A DNA stretch of 64,000 nt, from positions 32,001-96,000 of IMG/VR virus record IMGVR_UViG_3300045988_157190; one strand, written 5' to 3'. Within the stretch, counting starts at the first letter, position 1. Each line of letters starts with the position of its first letter. Origin of the DNA: a virus. The notes under the pieces are model-generated. The model saw only the letters and a program-made list of their open reading frames with translations, did no database searches and was not told the origin of the DNA. Shown here piece after piece: positions 51,581 to 61,674 of this stretch. The position numbers and the translations under genes are program-made.

Positions 51581-52347
51581 TGGTAGTACCTATCAACATA
51601 GATTTAAGTGATCTGGTGGAAGAATTTGATCTTTCACAGGATCAATCTACGTTTTTAGGTGCTTCTATTATAGATGCTGTTATAACTGAATATCAGCTTA
51701 GGTGGGAAAATCTAATAAACCGGGAACTTCGTATTACAAGAAATGAGTATAAAAGGGGAGTTTTCATTGAAAGAGAATCCCCTTTGTCAGTTACGTTCGG
51801 GTTGACAAACAGGGCTTCTTCTATTCCTTTGATGATAGAAGAAGGACAGCCGCCTTTTGACGAAAAGGAAGGTTTTAGAAATTCCCCAAAAAGAAAGATT
51901 GCACAGGATGGAGGTTGGTATATAGATATTCCCTTTAGACATGCAACGCCGGAAGCTGTAGCGGATTCGGGATTGTTTGCTTCTATAATGCCGCAACAAA
52001 TTTACAACGCAGTTCAGAAGACAGGAAGATTAGGAAGTGGTAATTTACCAGAAAGTTTTTCTGAAAAAGGGCAGAGACAAGCAATAAATAGGCTGGGTGT
52101 AAACAAACCGGCTTATATGCATAAAGCATCTATTTATGAAGGGCTGACTAAAGTAAATATTGCTTCTACTGAAAAAGAAAAGAGAAGCGGTTACTTTACA
52201 TGGAGAAGGGTGAGTGAAAACTCTGATCCTAATAGTTGGTGGAATGGCGGTATTGTTCCATATAAACTTATGGACAAAGCTCTTGAACAAGCGAAGATAG
52301 ATGTTGTTGCAGACAAAGTGATTGATCAATTTTTAAATGCAATGTAA
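51580..52347 (+). CDS. virion/neck protein (by position)
   Basis: The start overlaps the upstream stop. Confidence 0.5.
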   Translation: MVVPINIDLSDLVEEFDLSQDQSTFLGASIIDAVITEYQLRWENLINRELRITRNEYKRGVFIERESPLSVTFGLTNRASSIPLMIEEGQPPFDEKEGFRNSPKRKIAQDGGWYIDIPFRHATPEAVADSGLFASIMPQQIYNAVQKTGRLGSGNLPESFSEKGQRQAINRLGVNKPAYMHKASIYEGLTKVNIASTEKEKRSGYFTWRRVSENSDPNSWWNGGIVPYKLMDKALEQAKIDVVADKVIDQFLNAM

Positions 52348-52349
52348 CG

Positions 52350-53048
52350 ATGCTACAGATAGTCAAAATAAAAAAGATAGTGGAAGCCTGTTTGGAATAT
52401 GTACAAACGGACTTCGAAAGTAAAACGAATGAAAAGGATTCTTTCTTGTACAAAGTGTTGGGAGATACACAGGACGGCTCTTTCAACTACTATGAACAGG
52501 CAAAAAATATCTTTCTAAGAAAGGAAACAAATCCGAACAACATAAAGGTAGCTTTGGAATATCCGAAAGATAAAACAGGGCTGCCGGCATACATTATTCG
52601 TGAACCCGGGAAAACAGGTGGCATTGCCAATTCCATAGGTAAAATAGAATCTTTTATGGGTGGCGTTCCTATGTACAGGGACACAAGACAGTACGGATTG
52701 GAAATCATGTGCTTTTCTGTAAACATGAATGAATCAATCCTGATGTCAGAGATTCTGTACGCATTACTACTTGGCTCTTGGGATACTTTGGCTTCACAGT
52801 TCCTTAAAATAGAATTTACCATGAAGGAGCTTATGATGCAAAACAATCTGATGCCGACACCTATTTTCATTCGTTCTATCGGACTTGATTTATCGTCAGA
52901 AGAAATAGTACCGGGATTGGTGGATACGTCTTTACTCGGAAAGATCATCTTTGGGAAAGTGAATCAAGTGGATAGCATTGCTCTTGGTGACCCGACTTCT
53001 ATTGACGGACTTCCAGGTGTAGAATCAGAAATTGTGGGGTTCAGATAG
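52350..53048 (+). CDS. virion/neck protein (by position)
   Basis: ORF track. Confidence 0.5.
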   Translation: MLQIVKIKKIVEACLEYVQTDFESKTNEKDSFLYKVLGDTQDGSFNYYEQAKNIFLRKETNPNNIKVALEYPKDKTGLPAYIIREPGKTGGIANSIGKIESFMGGVPMYRDTRQYGLEIMCFSVNMNESILMSEILYALLLGSWDTLASQFLKIEFTMKELMMQNNLMPTPIFIRSIGLDLSSEEIVPGLVDTSLLGKIIFGKVNQVDSIALGDPTSIDGLPGVESEIVGFR

Positions 53049-53251
53049 TTCGTTGATTGAAAAATGATTACCTTTGAGGTAGTTTGATTTATGTGTAAGA
53101 ATTAATTAATACATTTAATTATTAGATTTTTGTCGTAATTACTTAAAATAATTGTTTTGAAGTTTTTTGCAAATTAATTGATTTAATTTTTGAATGTGTT
53201 TTTAAATAAAATCAAATAATAATTCGATAACAAATTGAAAATCAATAAATT

Positions 53252-54895
53252 ATGGCTACATCGTATATTTTTGGTAATAAACAAATAACCTTACCGGGTG
53301 CGTATAGTCGGATCGTATCTGGAGAAACAAGCCCAGCCAGAACATTAGATTATTCAAAGGTTTTGGTCATAGATAGTGGCGTTTATGGTGCAAATTGGGG
53401 TGGTGGTTCTGGTATAGATGGAGAAAACTTTCAAGGATTGGATTCTGTCTATACGTTTGACACCCTTGCAGAGTTCCGTTCTTTTGTAAAGGGAGGCATG
53501 TTCTGGAAGATTGCAGAAGGCCTTTTTACACCGGATTATACAAACCCGGCTTCTACAGGTATCTCTCAACTTTTGTATGTAAGGGCAGCTAAGACTACTT
53601 CTGCAACTATTACTTTTGCTACTACAGCAGGTGGCACGTTTGAAGTAAAGACACTGGATGAAGGTTTGGGAGCAAATGGCAAACTTTCCGAAGCTGGTAA
53701 TTTGATTACCGGTTATGGTGTATCCATTGTGAAAGGCGTAGACGATCCGGCAAAATGGATCATGAAATTCTATGTCGGTTCTTTTACAGGATACGCAGAA
53801 GATGATTACCCTATTGGAGAAACGCCGGAAGATCAAGCAGCACCTACATTGGTATTGCAGTCACCGGAATTTGACAATATTGGAACTTTGCTTGAATGGG
53901 CTAAATCCGATTCCAATTTTGCTAACCTGTTTGTATTGACAGAAAACGCGGAAGTACAAGGAGAAGGAACGGTATCTGAGAGTGACGTTACTACTGCACT
54001 GGCTGGGAAATCCTATTTCTTGGCAAAGGGCGGTACTGAAACTTACAATACTGACAACATGGCGAAAGTTATGGAAGCAATTACAGGTTTGGACTATAGC
54101 TTTGCTCTTATGGATCAGTTCGGTACAAATGCTGATTCCGCATTGCAGAAACAGTACATTGCTCATATGAATAGTCAAGCTAAGTACACCCACTTCTTGT
54201 TTGTGGGAGGTTATGACGATGCCGCCAATTTCTCTAAATCACTTGATTTGGCGAAAGGGTTCAACAGTGAGTTGGTTCAGTTGGTACATGGTGGTGCAGG
54301 TATGACTTCCGGTATTACAGGTATCAAAACACGCTGGTGGGGAGTAATGTATAACTTGTGTTGTATTTTGGGTAGAACGGCAGGAAAACCGCCTTATATT
54401 CCGGTTACAAACAAGACAATCGGTATTGACAAACTGAAGCACACTTTGAACGATACGGAAAAGACAAAGGCTTTGAATGCCGGTATGCTTGTGACGGTTT
54501 ACAATGACTATACGAACAACTTTGTTGTATTACAAGGCGTAAATACTTTACAGGACAACAAAGTGCTCTTCAATTCCAACGGTCAGAGCCACAGTATTCA
54601 GTTTATGCGTATCGTTGCCCAAATCAACAAGGAATTGGTTGTAAACGCTTCTATTGACTTGTTGGGACAGGAAAACGGTGTAAACGTCAATACATTGTCT
54701 GCCGGTGCGGTGAAAGACTGGACGGTTGCTTATTTGCAATCGAGAGTGGCAAATGAGGCACAGGATAACCTATTACTTTCATTCAAAGACGTTCTTGTTA
54801 CAAGACAGGAAGATGCTTGGTTTGTAACCTACAAGATCGTTGTTAACAATGAAATCAACAAGTTGTTCTTCACAGGCTTCTTAATTCGTGGATAA
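53252..54895 (+). CDS. tail sheath protein
   Basis: 547 aa, immediately upstream of a 160-aa tube-sized ORF. Higher GC. Typical size and order for contractile tails. Confidence 0.6.
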   Translation: MATSYIFGNKQITLPGAYSRIVSGETSPARTLDYSKVLVIDSGVYGANWGGGSGIDGENFQGLDSVYTFDTLAEFRSFVKGGMFWKIAEGLFTPDYTNPASTGISQLLYVRAAKTTSATITFATTAGGTFEVKTLDEGLGANGKLSEAGNLITGYGVSIVKGVDDPAKWIMKFYVGSFTGYAEDDYPIGETPEDQAAPTLVLQSPEFDNIGTLLEWAKSDSNFANLFVLTENAEVQGEGTVSESDVTTALAGKSYFLAKGGTETYNTDNMAKVMEAITGLDYSFALMDQFGTNADSALQKQYIAHMNSQAKYTHFLFVGGYDDAANFSKSLDLAKGFNSELVQLVHGGAGMTSGITGIKTRWWGVMYNLCCILGRTAGKPPYIPVTNKTIGIDKLKHTLNDTEKTKALNAGMLVTVYNDYTNNFVVLQGVNTLQDNKVLFNSNGQSHSIQFMRIVAQINKELVVNASIDLLGQENGVNVNTLSAGAVKDWTVAYLQSRVANEAQDNLLLSFKDVLVTRQEDAWFVTYKIVVNNEINKLFFTGFLIRG

Positions 54896-54916
54896 TAATT
54901 CTAAAACATAGATATT

Positions 54917-55399
54917 ATGCAGACATTCAGTGCACCTATGGCATATATCAAGATCGGCAACGAAACAGCCGGTTTTGTTAGAAATATAACTGTACAGGAA
55001 CAAATTAACCGTGTGGATGTACAGGGATTGGGTAGTTTGCCTATTCAGGAAATCCCGCCGGTTTCTTACAGATGTTCGGCAACGGTAGATCAGTTCTTCT
55101 TGTCTTTCAAAGCTCCGGTGGTGGAAGCGATGATTCACCGTCTGGGGACTTTGCAGGAAGTTTTGGATACCCTTACATTTGCAGAGCAAGGATTCTCTAT
55201 CATGATCTATAAGAAATTGGTACAGAACTTTGATGATGCCCGTAAGATGGTGACGCAGGTTGATCCGACAGGGCAGACGGTTGCTCTTTTAACTCCGTGT
55301 TTCATTGAAAATCAGAATTGGCAGTTGCAAGAGCAATCAGTTGCTTCCTATAATGTCAATATTAGGTATCTTAACCCCGTCGTAACTGCCGAATATTGA
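54917..55399 (+). CDS. tail tube protein
   Basis: 160 aa, following the sheath gene. Confidence 0.55.
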   Translation: MQTFSAPMAYIKIGNETAGFVRNITVQEQINRVDVQGLGSLPIQEIPPVSYRCSATVDQFFLSFKAPVVEAMIHRLGTLQEVLDTLTFAEQGFSIMIYKKLVQNFDDARKMVTQVDPTGQTVALLTPCFIENQNWQLQEQSVASYNVNIRYLNPVVTAEY

Positions 55400-55428
55400 G
55401 GCAATTAGATTTTATTAACGTCATTTTT

Positions 55429-55478
55429 AAAGGTAAGAATTGAAGATGTTATATCTAAAGTTCTTACCTTTGTTGTGT
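55429..55478 (+). terminator. hairpin after the tail tube gene
   Basis: aaaggtaagaa pairs with ttcttaccttt, followed by gttgtg (weak T-tract). Confidence 0.45.
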
Positions 55479-55558
55479 ATAACAATAAATGCCCATACAA
55501 AGATTGCAGTCAATGTATGGGCAGATTTCGATAAATTGAACTTAAATTGGTTTTGGTT

Positions 55559-56626
55559 ATGAAAGCTAATTTTGACAAAGGTACAAAAATTTGCTCTAAG
55601 TGCAAGAGAGAACTCCCTATTGAGAATTTTCAAAAGAACAGCTATTCTTCTGATGGATTTACTTGTAGATGTAAAGAATGTCTTTCTCATAAAAATATGA
55701 CAGATGAGGAAAAGGAAAGAAGAAAGCAAATCCATAAAAAATATCGTTTGTCTGAAAAAGGAGAAGAAAGTAGGAAAAGACAGAATGAGCGAAAGAGAAA
55801 TGATCCTGAATATAAAGAGAAAAATAGGCAAAAATCACACGAGTATTATCATAAAAACTTGGCACATCCAAAGAAATTAAAAGAAATTGAAATAGACGAA
55901 AATGGAAATGAAGTTTTTGAATGTACTACTTGTAGAAGAAAACTTCCTATAGAGATGTTCCCAAAAGACAATACCAATAGACTTGGTATTCATTTTTCAT
56001 GTAAAGATTGCTATAACGCTTATCGTAGAGAAAAATCGCATACAGAAGAATATAGAGAGAAAAACAGAAAAAAGATGGCAAAATTTAGAAATTCAGAAAA
56101 AGGGAAAGAATATTTTTCTGAATACAGAAAATCGGAATCATTTAAACAATCTTCAAAAAAATATAGAGAATCTGAACATGGAAAGGAAACAAAAAGACAA
56201 TATAGAAAGAGGCTTTGGAATGAAAGTCCTGAATATAAATTAGAGACTGCTTTAAGAAATAGAGTTAGATTAGCGATAAAAAATGGCTCTAAAGCTGCTT
56301 CTACTATAGAACTTGTTGGATGCTCTGTCCAAGATTTAAAAAAACACATTGAATCACAATTTTGTGAAGGTATGAGCTGGGATAATTATAATCATAAAAC
56401 TTGGCACATTGATCATATAGTTCCTTGTTCTGCTTTTGATTTAACGAACCCAATCCACCAAAGAGTTTGCTTTAATTGGATGAATTTACAGCCTTTGTGG
56501 AGTAAGTTAAATATAAAGAAAAAAGATAGATTAACAGAAGGGTCGCAGGAATTAGTAGATTTTATAAGAGACGAATTAGGGATTAAAGAAGAAATCGTTT
56601 TAAAGGATGTTGAAAAGAATAGATAA
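55559..56626 (+). CDS. HNH homing-type endonuclease with N-terminal zinc-ribbon repeats
   Basis: CSKCKRELPIENF...C.C and CTTCRRKLPIEMF...CKDC repeats. C-terminal WHIDHIVPCSAF...NLQPLWSKLNIKK HNH motif. ATG at 55559 is preferred. Confidence 0.85.
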   Translation: MKANFDKGTKICSKCKRELPIENFQKNSYSSDGFTCRCKECLSHKNMTDEEKERRKQIHKKYRLSEKGEESRKRQNERKRNDPEYKEKNRQKSHEYYHKNLAHPKKLKEIEIDENGNEVFECTTCRRKLPIEMFPKDNTNRLGIHFSCKDCYNAYRREKSHTEEYREKNRKKMAKFRNSEKGKEYFSEYRKSESFKQSSKKYRESEHGKETKRQYRKRLWNESPEYKLETALRNRVRLAIKNGSKAASTIELVGCSVQDLKKHIESQFCEGMSWDNYNHKTWHIDHIVPCSAFDLTNPIHQRVCFNWMNLQPLWSKLNIKKKDRLTEGSQELVDFIRDELGIKEEIVLKDVEKNR

Positions 56627-56633
56627 TCTTTTC

Positions 56634-56670
56634 AGAAAGCAGGACAAAAGTTCTGCTTTCTCTGCTTTAT
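56634..56670 (+). terminator. hairpin after the HNH gene
   Basis: agaaagcag pairs with ctgctttct, followed by ctgctttatt. Confidence 0.5.
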
Positions 56671-56673
56671 TAC

Positions 56674-56681
56674 TATCTTTG
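56674..56681 (+). promoter_or_regulatory. -7 box TATCTTTG restarting tail-gene transcription after the HNH cassette
   Basis: Lies between the HNH terminator and the ATG at 56714. Confidence 0.45.
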
Positions 56682-56713
56682 CATATATCAACAAATTAAT
56701 CATAAAACAAAGT

Positions 56714-57052
56714 ATGAGTACGAAAGAAATTACAGTAAAAGGAAGAAAGTACGAAATTCAATTTCCTAATGTAGGGCAGTATTACCAGATCGAAGTAAAC
56801 AAGCAGAGATTGGGAAAAGGAAGTTATAACTCGTTGATTGGCAATCCTACCATTACGGCACAGCGTGCTTTGGACATGATTGATGTTGAAGCAACATTAT
56901 CCGTTCTTTGCCCGCAGTTGGTGGCGGATTTGAAGGTAAAAAGTTTCTCGGAACTTGGACTGAAAGATTTTAAGGAAATCAGCGATATTTATATGAACGA
57001 GGTGTTTCCTTTCTTGAAAGAGGCTGAAAAAATACTTTCTTCTGTGGACTGA
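56714..57052 (+). CDS. tail assembly chaperone (by position)
   Basis: Small ORF between the tube and tape measure genes. Confidence 0.5.
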   Translation: MSTKEITVKGRKYEIQFPNVGQYYQIEVNKQRLGKGSYNSLIGNPTITAQRALDMIDVEATLSVLCPQLVADLKVKSFSELGLKDFKEISDIYMNEVFPFLKEAEKILSSVD

Positions 57053-57402
57053 TGAACCGGGAAGAATATAGGAATTTCGTCATAAAATGGGATAACACTT
57101 TTCCTATTGACAGGTGGTTTAGGAACAGGCACAATATCCCTTTCCTTTCGGAAGATCATAAGAAGTGTGATTTTTTTGCTGAACTTATGGAGTTCGAAGA
57201 AGAAAAGGCATTTTATGAACTTAGTCAAGAAAAGAAAGAAAAAGAGGAAAGAGCACAAGAATATATTCCCAATATCGGAGATTGGTTAAAAGCACCGGAA
57301 GGGGAAATTTCGGAACAAGATACCGCCTTCTATGAAGATCAGATGTTTAAAATGATCGAGATGGAACAGAAGGCAAAAGAAAATAAAGAGAAAGATGGCT
57401 GA
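57052..57402 (+). CDS. second tail chaperone ORF / possible -1 frameshift extension
   Basis: Lies in the -1 frame relative to 56714-57052. That frame opens at 57028, inside an A6 run. Confidence 0.45.
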   Translation: MNREEYRNFVIKWDNTFPIDRWFRNRHNIPFLSEDHKKCDFFAELMEFEEEKAFYELSQEKKEKEERAQEYIPNIGDWLKAPEGEISEQDTAFYEDQMFKMIEMEQKAKENKEKDG

Positions 57403-59515
57403 TAACGAAAAAAGACTTAGGGTGTCGGTGGATGTCTCTCAACTTAGGTCGGTCGGGAGAGATGTCGAGAATATGCAGCGAAGAATAGTCGAGAACAACA
57501 ACGACATTATTCGCCAGCAGAACGATGCTCTTAACCAACTTAGGGAACAATTGAACCTTTTGGGACAGCAAAATTCCGAAAAGGGCAGACAGACTACAAC
57601 ACCCACACGTCCAGTTGTCCAGCCTACACCGCAACCAGAAGGAGAAGATCAAGAAACTGCAACACCTACACGAAGGAGAAGAAAAAAGCAACCGGAAGCG
57701 GACATTTCGGGAGAAAGAGGTGAATCCTATCAAGATAGAGGAACAAGAGCTATCGACTTGTCGGCTTTGCTTGGTGTAAATCAAGAAGGCTTTCGTGATA
57801 TTGTGGAAGCCATTTCTTCCGGTAATAGTGATTTGTCTGATATAACAAAGCAAATTCTCCAAAACGTACAAGCAGGAGCACGTGCTTTAGAGGGAATACA
57901 AGAAGGTGTCTTTTCTATTGATGAAACTTTGTACAATCAAAGAGGTACTTCTGCGGGTGGATCGGGAATACAGCCTATTCCAGTGCCCACACTATCACCA
58001 GTGCCCACACTATCACCAGTGCCAGCAAGAGAAGAAACACCTATTACAAGAGAAAGAAGGGAAAATGTACAAAGAGGAAGTGACAGAAGTACAGCTACTA
58101 ACATTGCCACAAGAGTGATTTCCGGTGTTGGAGCTACATTTCAAAGTCCTGCTGCTATGGGCGGAGGCCTTATATCTTCTTTGGGCGGGATTGTGGGTGA
58201 AGGTCTTTCTTTGATTCCTGGTGTGGGGGGGATTTTGGGTGGTGTAACTACTGCGGTCGCTAATGTCATGGCGGGAATTTTCACTACATCTGTTGAAAAG
58301 GCTATGGAAGCGCAAAAGAGAACCATACCTTATGCGCAGACAATGGGCGTTTCCGCAGGACAAGCCATGCGCACAGCCTTTGGAGAAGGTAGTTATGCTG
58401 CTGGTGCTCTTGGAATGAATGTAGGAGAGTATATTCAAAGACGTGCTGCGCTTATCCGTGCCGCCGGAGGAAAAGAGGGAACAGTTGCGCCCGTACCGGA
58501 AACACAAAGTTTGATGGCTGTACAGCGTTTATATGGACTTAGTGATCGTACTGTAATGGGAATGCAAGGGGCGATGCGTTTTGCCCGTACAGAGGAAGGA
58601 CAAACAGCTTCTTCATCTGCTATTATCCGTTCATTTGAGCAGACAATGAAACAGCTTCAAATTCCTCTTAGTGAGATTGCCTCTACAATGGATGAAAGTA
58701 TGACTACCTTTATTCGTTCTGCTGACGATATTCTTTCCCGTACAGGTGAAATAGATGCAGCAAGCATAGCTTCTATCATGCGTGCTGTTCGTTTGCAGAC
58801 TGGAATGGAAGGTAGACAATTGGAGCGCGTACAGCAGGCTTTCATGGGACAAGGGATTTCACAAGATGATGTAACTCAAACTCTTTTGTTCCGTGCTGCT
58901 CAACAGGCTACAGGGGCGATGAATCCTTCCGAGGTTCTTGCTGCTATGGACGATTTATCAAGAGGCGAAGGGGATAAAAATATAATGAAGCGGTTTCTTG
59001 AATCATTAAAGGAGATATCGGGAGGAAGTCTTGAAATGCTTCGTCACTTGATGCGAGGTGCTTTCACAAATCTTTCTTATACGGACATCAACAAGATAAC
59101 AGAGCGCAGGGATATTGATTTTGGAGAGTTCTTTGAGAGAATGGAAGAATCCAGGCAGGCACTTAGGGGACAGAATGATCCGGTAAACAGATATGAGCCT
59201 ACTGCGGCCGAAAGAACTGTTACGTCTGGCGAAAAGATGATGTCTACTTATGAAAACAGAATGATTGGAATTGGTGAAGCAAATATAGACAGATTGGGTA
59301 AGATATTGAATGCCTTGAACGCCATGTACACGGCTACAGCTAATTTCCCTACAGCGTTGGAAAAATTTATATCAGAAAATAAAGAAAAAATTAAGGATGG
59401 TGGCATGGATTTATTATCATCCGCACCATATGGAATTGGCATGATTCCAGCAGCATTATATAAGATAGGGTTAAAAGAATTGGTTAAATCTTTAGCTTCG
59501 GAGGACAACAAATAA
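57395..59515 (+). CDS. tail tape measure protein
   Basis: 706 aa. Gly/Ala-rich hydrophobic stretch GGLISSLGGIVGEGLSLIPGVGGILGGVTTAV. Located after the chaperones. Confidence 0.7.
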   Translation: MADNEKRLRVSVDVSQLRSVGRDVENMQRRIVENNNDIIRQQNDALNQLREQLNLLGQQNSEKGRQTTTPTRPVVQPTPQPEGEDQETATPTRRRRKKQPEADISGERGESYQDRGTRAIDLSALLGVNQEGFRDIVEAISSGNSDLSDITKQILQNVQAGARALEGIQEGVFSIDETLYNQRGTSAGGSGIQPIPVPTLSPVPTLSPVPAREETPITRERRENVQRGSDRSTATNIATRVISGVGATFQSPAAMGGGLISSLGGIVGEGLSLIPGVGGILGGVTTAVANVMAGIFTTSVEKAMEAQKRTIPYAQTMGVSAGQAMRTAFGEGSYAAGALGMNVGEYIQRRAALIRAAGGKEGTVAPVPETQSLMAVQRLYGLSDRTVMGMQGAMRFARTEEGQTASSSAIIRSFEQTMKQLQIPLSEIASTMDESMTTFIRSADDILSRTGEIDAASIASIMRAVRLQTGMEGRQLERVQQAFMGQGISQDDVTQTLLFRAAQQATGAMNPSEVLAAMDDLSRGEGDKNIMKRFLESLKEISGGSLEMLRHLMRGAFTNLSYTDINKITERRDIDFGEFFERMEESRQALRGQNDPVNRYEPTAAERTVTSGEKMMSTYENRMIGIGEANIDRLGKILNALNAMYTATANFPTALEKFISENKEKIKDGGMDLLSSAPYGIGMIPAALYKIGLKELVKSLASEDNK
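57980..58024 (+). repeat. 18-bp tandem repeat x2.5 in the tape measure gene
   Basis: ccagtgcccacactatca twice, plus ccagtgcca. Encodes PVPTLS PVPTLS PVP. Confidence 0.9.
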
Positions 59516-61674
59516 TGGCAGAAAAAGATAACAATAAAACAAGCATACCGCCAATATACCCACTTCCGGCGTATAGGTATTCTACTATACAGGATTTTAT
59601 TGATATATGGCAAAAGGCTATCCCTACTGGGAAGAAAAAATATACCCCGTCTGATTTATTGAAAGTAAAGAACGAAAAAGGGGTTTCCAATCTTGATATT
59701 ATTTGGGGGACTTATGACAAAGAGGAACAAGTCAAATACAAAAGCGATTATGATTCCGGTACATTGCCTTATGTAAAGCAAGGGACAACTTTGTTCTGCC
59801 CAAAAGATGATACGCCATTGTCCCTTACAAAAGCTGCAAAAGAAGGACAATTTGTATCACAAGGAAGTTTCAAGGCTTATTGGGGAGAAAACTATGAAAG
59901 CCTGATAAGTGATGAAGAATATTTGCCCGATACAAGTGTAACTTCCTCACTCAAAGGGACAGGAATAAATGCTAAGATAATCTCTATGAATGTAAGGGTA
60001 TGGGTATATATTAAGGCTTTGGATAAGGTTATGGACTTATCCCCTTACGTTTTGCAGGTAGTAACGACAAAATCAAAACAGACGGGAGAATTTACCGTTT
60101 TGCTATCTCCTTTCTATGCCAATGAAAGTTCTTTTGCTTTTGGAGAATCTATTGTAGAACAGTTTAATCTTGTTTCCAATGAGGGAGCACAAGTCAAGTC
60201 TTTTCAAGAAAAGTTTATCCAGAATAATGATATAGTCTTTATCCGGTTCGAACGTTTGAAAAAGGAAAAATTAACGGGAGATTTAGATTTAGGAAAGCAG
60301 GTTAACTTGGAAATTCCTGTTTCTAAAATAGCCAAAAATAATATTTGGGATATGATAGGATTTGTAGATACCTGTACATCTTCTTTTGAAGCACAAGGAA
60401 ACATAAAATCTATCACGATAGAAGGAAGAGACATAAGCAAACTCTTTATGGAGGACGGGTGCTATTTCATTCCTTTATTGAACGCTACTGATACGTTTTC
60501 CCATTGGTATGAGATGAGCGAGGATAGTATTTGGTTTAAAAGGAATGTTCTTACAGGAGCTTTTTCAAATCTTTTGTGGTCATACGCAGAAAAGCCTATA
60601 CGGGAGTGTCTATGGTTTATTGTAAACGTCATGTCAACAATAGGAATAGCCAAAAATAGTGTATTTGATTCCTGGCAAGACAAAAGAACAGAAGGGTATG
60701 ATATTGGAGCAAAGGAAAAACGTCCTGTTAATGGCGTTTGGCAGATAGTGAAAGTATTTGTAGAGGATATTCTTGAAAAAAGAGTTCTTATCGATTCTTC
60801 TATTGCCAATCCGAACGGCACGTTATTGGAGTATATGACAAGGGTATGTCAGTTTCCTTTGGTGGAATTTTACTTTGACACCTATATTAATACGATAGAT
60901 ATAGTTGTAAGACAGCCTCCATTCAATAAGGATGCTATTTTGGGAGCTTATAAGAACGGGCAGTATGTGACGATTACTTCTGGCAATTTACAAGGATATG
61001 ATTTGTCTTATGATACAAGAAGTTATTCTTGGTATCAGTTAAGAGTGATGGATAATCATGCTGGACAAAGGAACACAACAAGTCTTGCTTTTGTTCCTAT
61101 TGTATATTTGAACGATTACGCAGAAGTGTTTGGTAACAAGAAGATGTCTTTCACCGACCAATATTTGAATTACAATGAGGTAGAAGGGATAAATAAGACA
61201 CGGACGCTTTCTAATTTTCAGGCGGCAGCATTAAACGATCTTATATACATTATAGAATCAACAGCTTATCTTCCTTTCACGAGAACAGGTACTATTACGA
61301 TAAATGGGGATAGAAGAATAAAGGTTGGTACATTTATTTACTTTGAACCGACAAATGAATTTTTTTATGTATCCTCTGTTGTCAATAATGTTTCTTTCTT
61401 GGATGGGAATTTGCAAAGACAGACTATTATGCAAGTGGAAAGAGGTATGTACGTTCCTATTCTTTCCAATTCTTTCTCTTCTGTAAAGAATAGACAGGAT
61501 AACGCAGGGGAAGAAAGTAAGGATGTGAAACCGGATTATTTCAAATTGGTTGATTTGACTGAAATGAAAAATGCAGTCAAAGTAGCTCAAAAAGATCAGA
61601 TCGCTACGCTTGTTTCTCCAAAGGTGGAGAGGGATCAATTTGAATATTTTCTTAATCGTAAGATGTTTAGTTGA
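59515..61674 (+). CDS. baseplate hub / distal tail protein (by position)
   Basis: 719 aa. ATGA overlap with the tape measure gene. Confidence 0.45.
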   Translation: MAEKDNNKTSIPPIYPLPAYRYSTIQDFIDIWQKAIPTGKKKYTPSDLLKVKNEKGVSNLDIIWGTYDKEEQVKYKSDYDSGTLPYVKQGTTLFCPKDDTPLSLTKAAKEGQFVSQGSFKAYWGENYESLISDEEYLPDTSVTSSLKGTGINAKIISMNVRVWVYIKALDKVMDLSPYVLQVVTTKSKQTGEFTVLLSPFYANESSFAFGESIVEQFNLVSNEGAQVKSFQEKFIQNNDIVFIRFERLKKEKLTGDLDLGKQVNLEIPVSKIAKNNIWDMIGFVDTCTSSFEAQGNIKSITIEGRDISKLFMEDGCYFIPLLNATDTFSHWYEMSEDSIWFKRNVLTGAFSNLLWSYAEKPIRECLWFIVNVMSTIGIAKNSVFDSWQDKRTEGYDIGAKEKRPVNGVWQIVKVFVEDILEKRVLIDSSIANPNGTLLEYMTRVCQFPLVEFYFDTYINTIDIVVRQPPFNKDAILGAYKNGQYVTITSGNLQGYDLSYDTRSYSWYQLRVMDNHAGQRNTTSLAFVPIVYLNDYAEVFGNKKMSFTDQYLNYNEVEGINKTRTLSNFQAAALNDLIYIIESTAYLPFTRTGTITINGDRRIKVGTFIYFEPTNEFFYVSSVVNNVSFLDGNLQRQTIMQVERGMYVPILSNSFSSVKNRQDNAGEESKDVKPDYFKLVDLTEMKNAVKVAQKDQIATLVSPKVERDQFEYFLNRKMFS

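Larger units (their letters stand above)
55400..56713 (+). mobile_element. free-standing HNH homing-endonuclease cassette between the tube and chaperone genes
   Basis: Self-contained unit: upstream hairpins, the HNH ORF, its own terminator, and a promoter box for the downstream genes. Confidence 0.55.

Noticed and set aside
53049-53251. 200-bp very AT-rich spacer with TTAATTAA-like words upstream of the sheath gene
   Set aside because: It is probably a late promoter or UP-like region, but it has no TAnnTTTG match, no operator palindrome and no clear repeat structure. Nothing here is testable from sequence alone.
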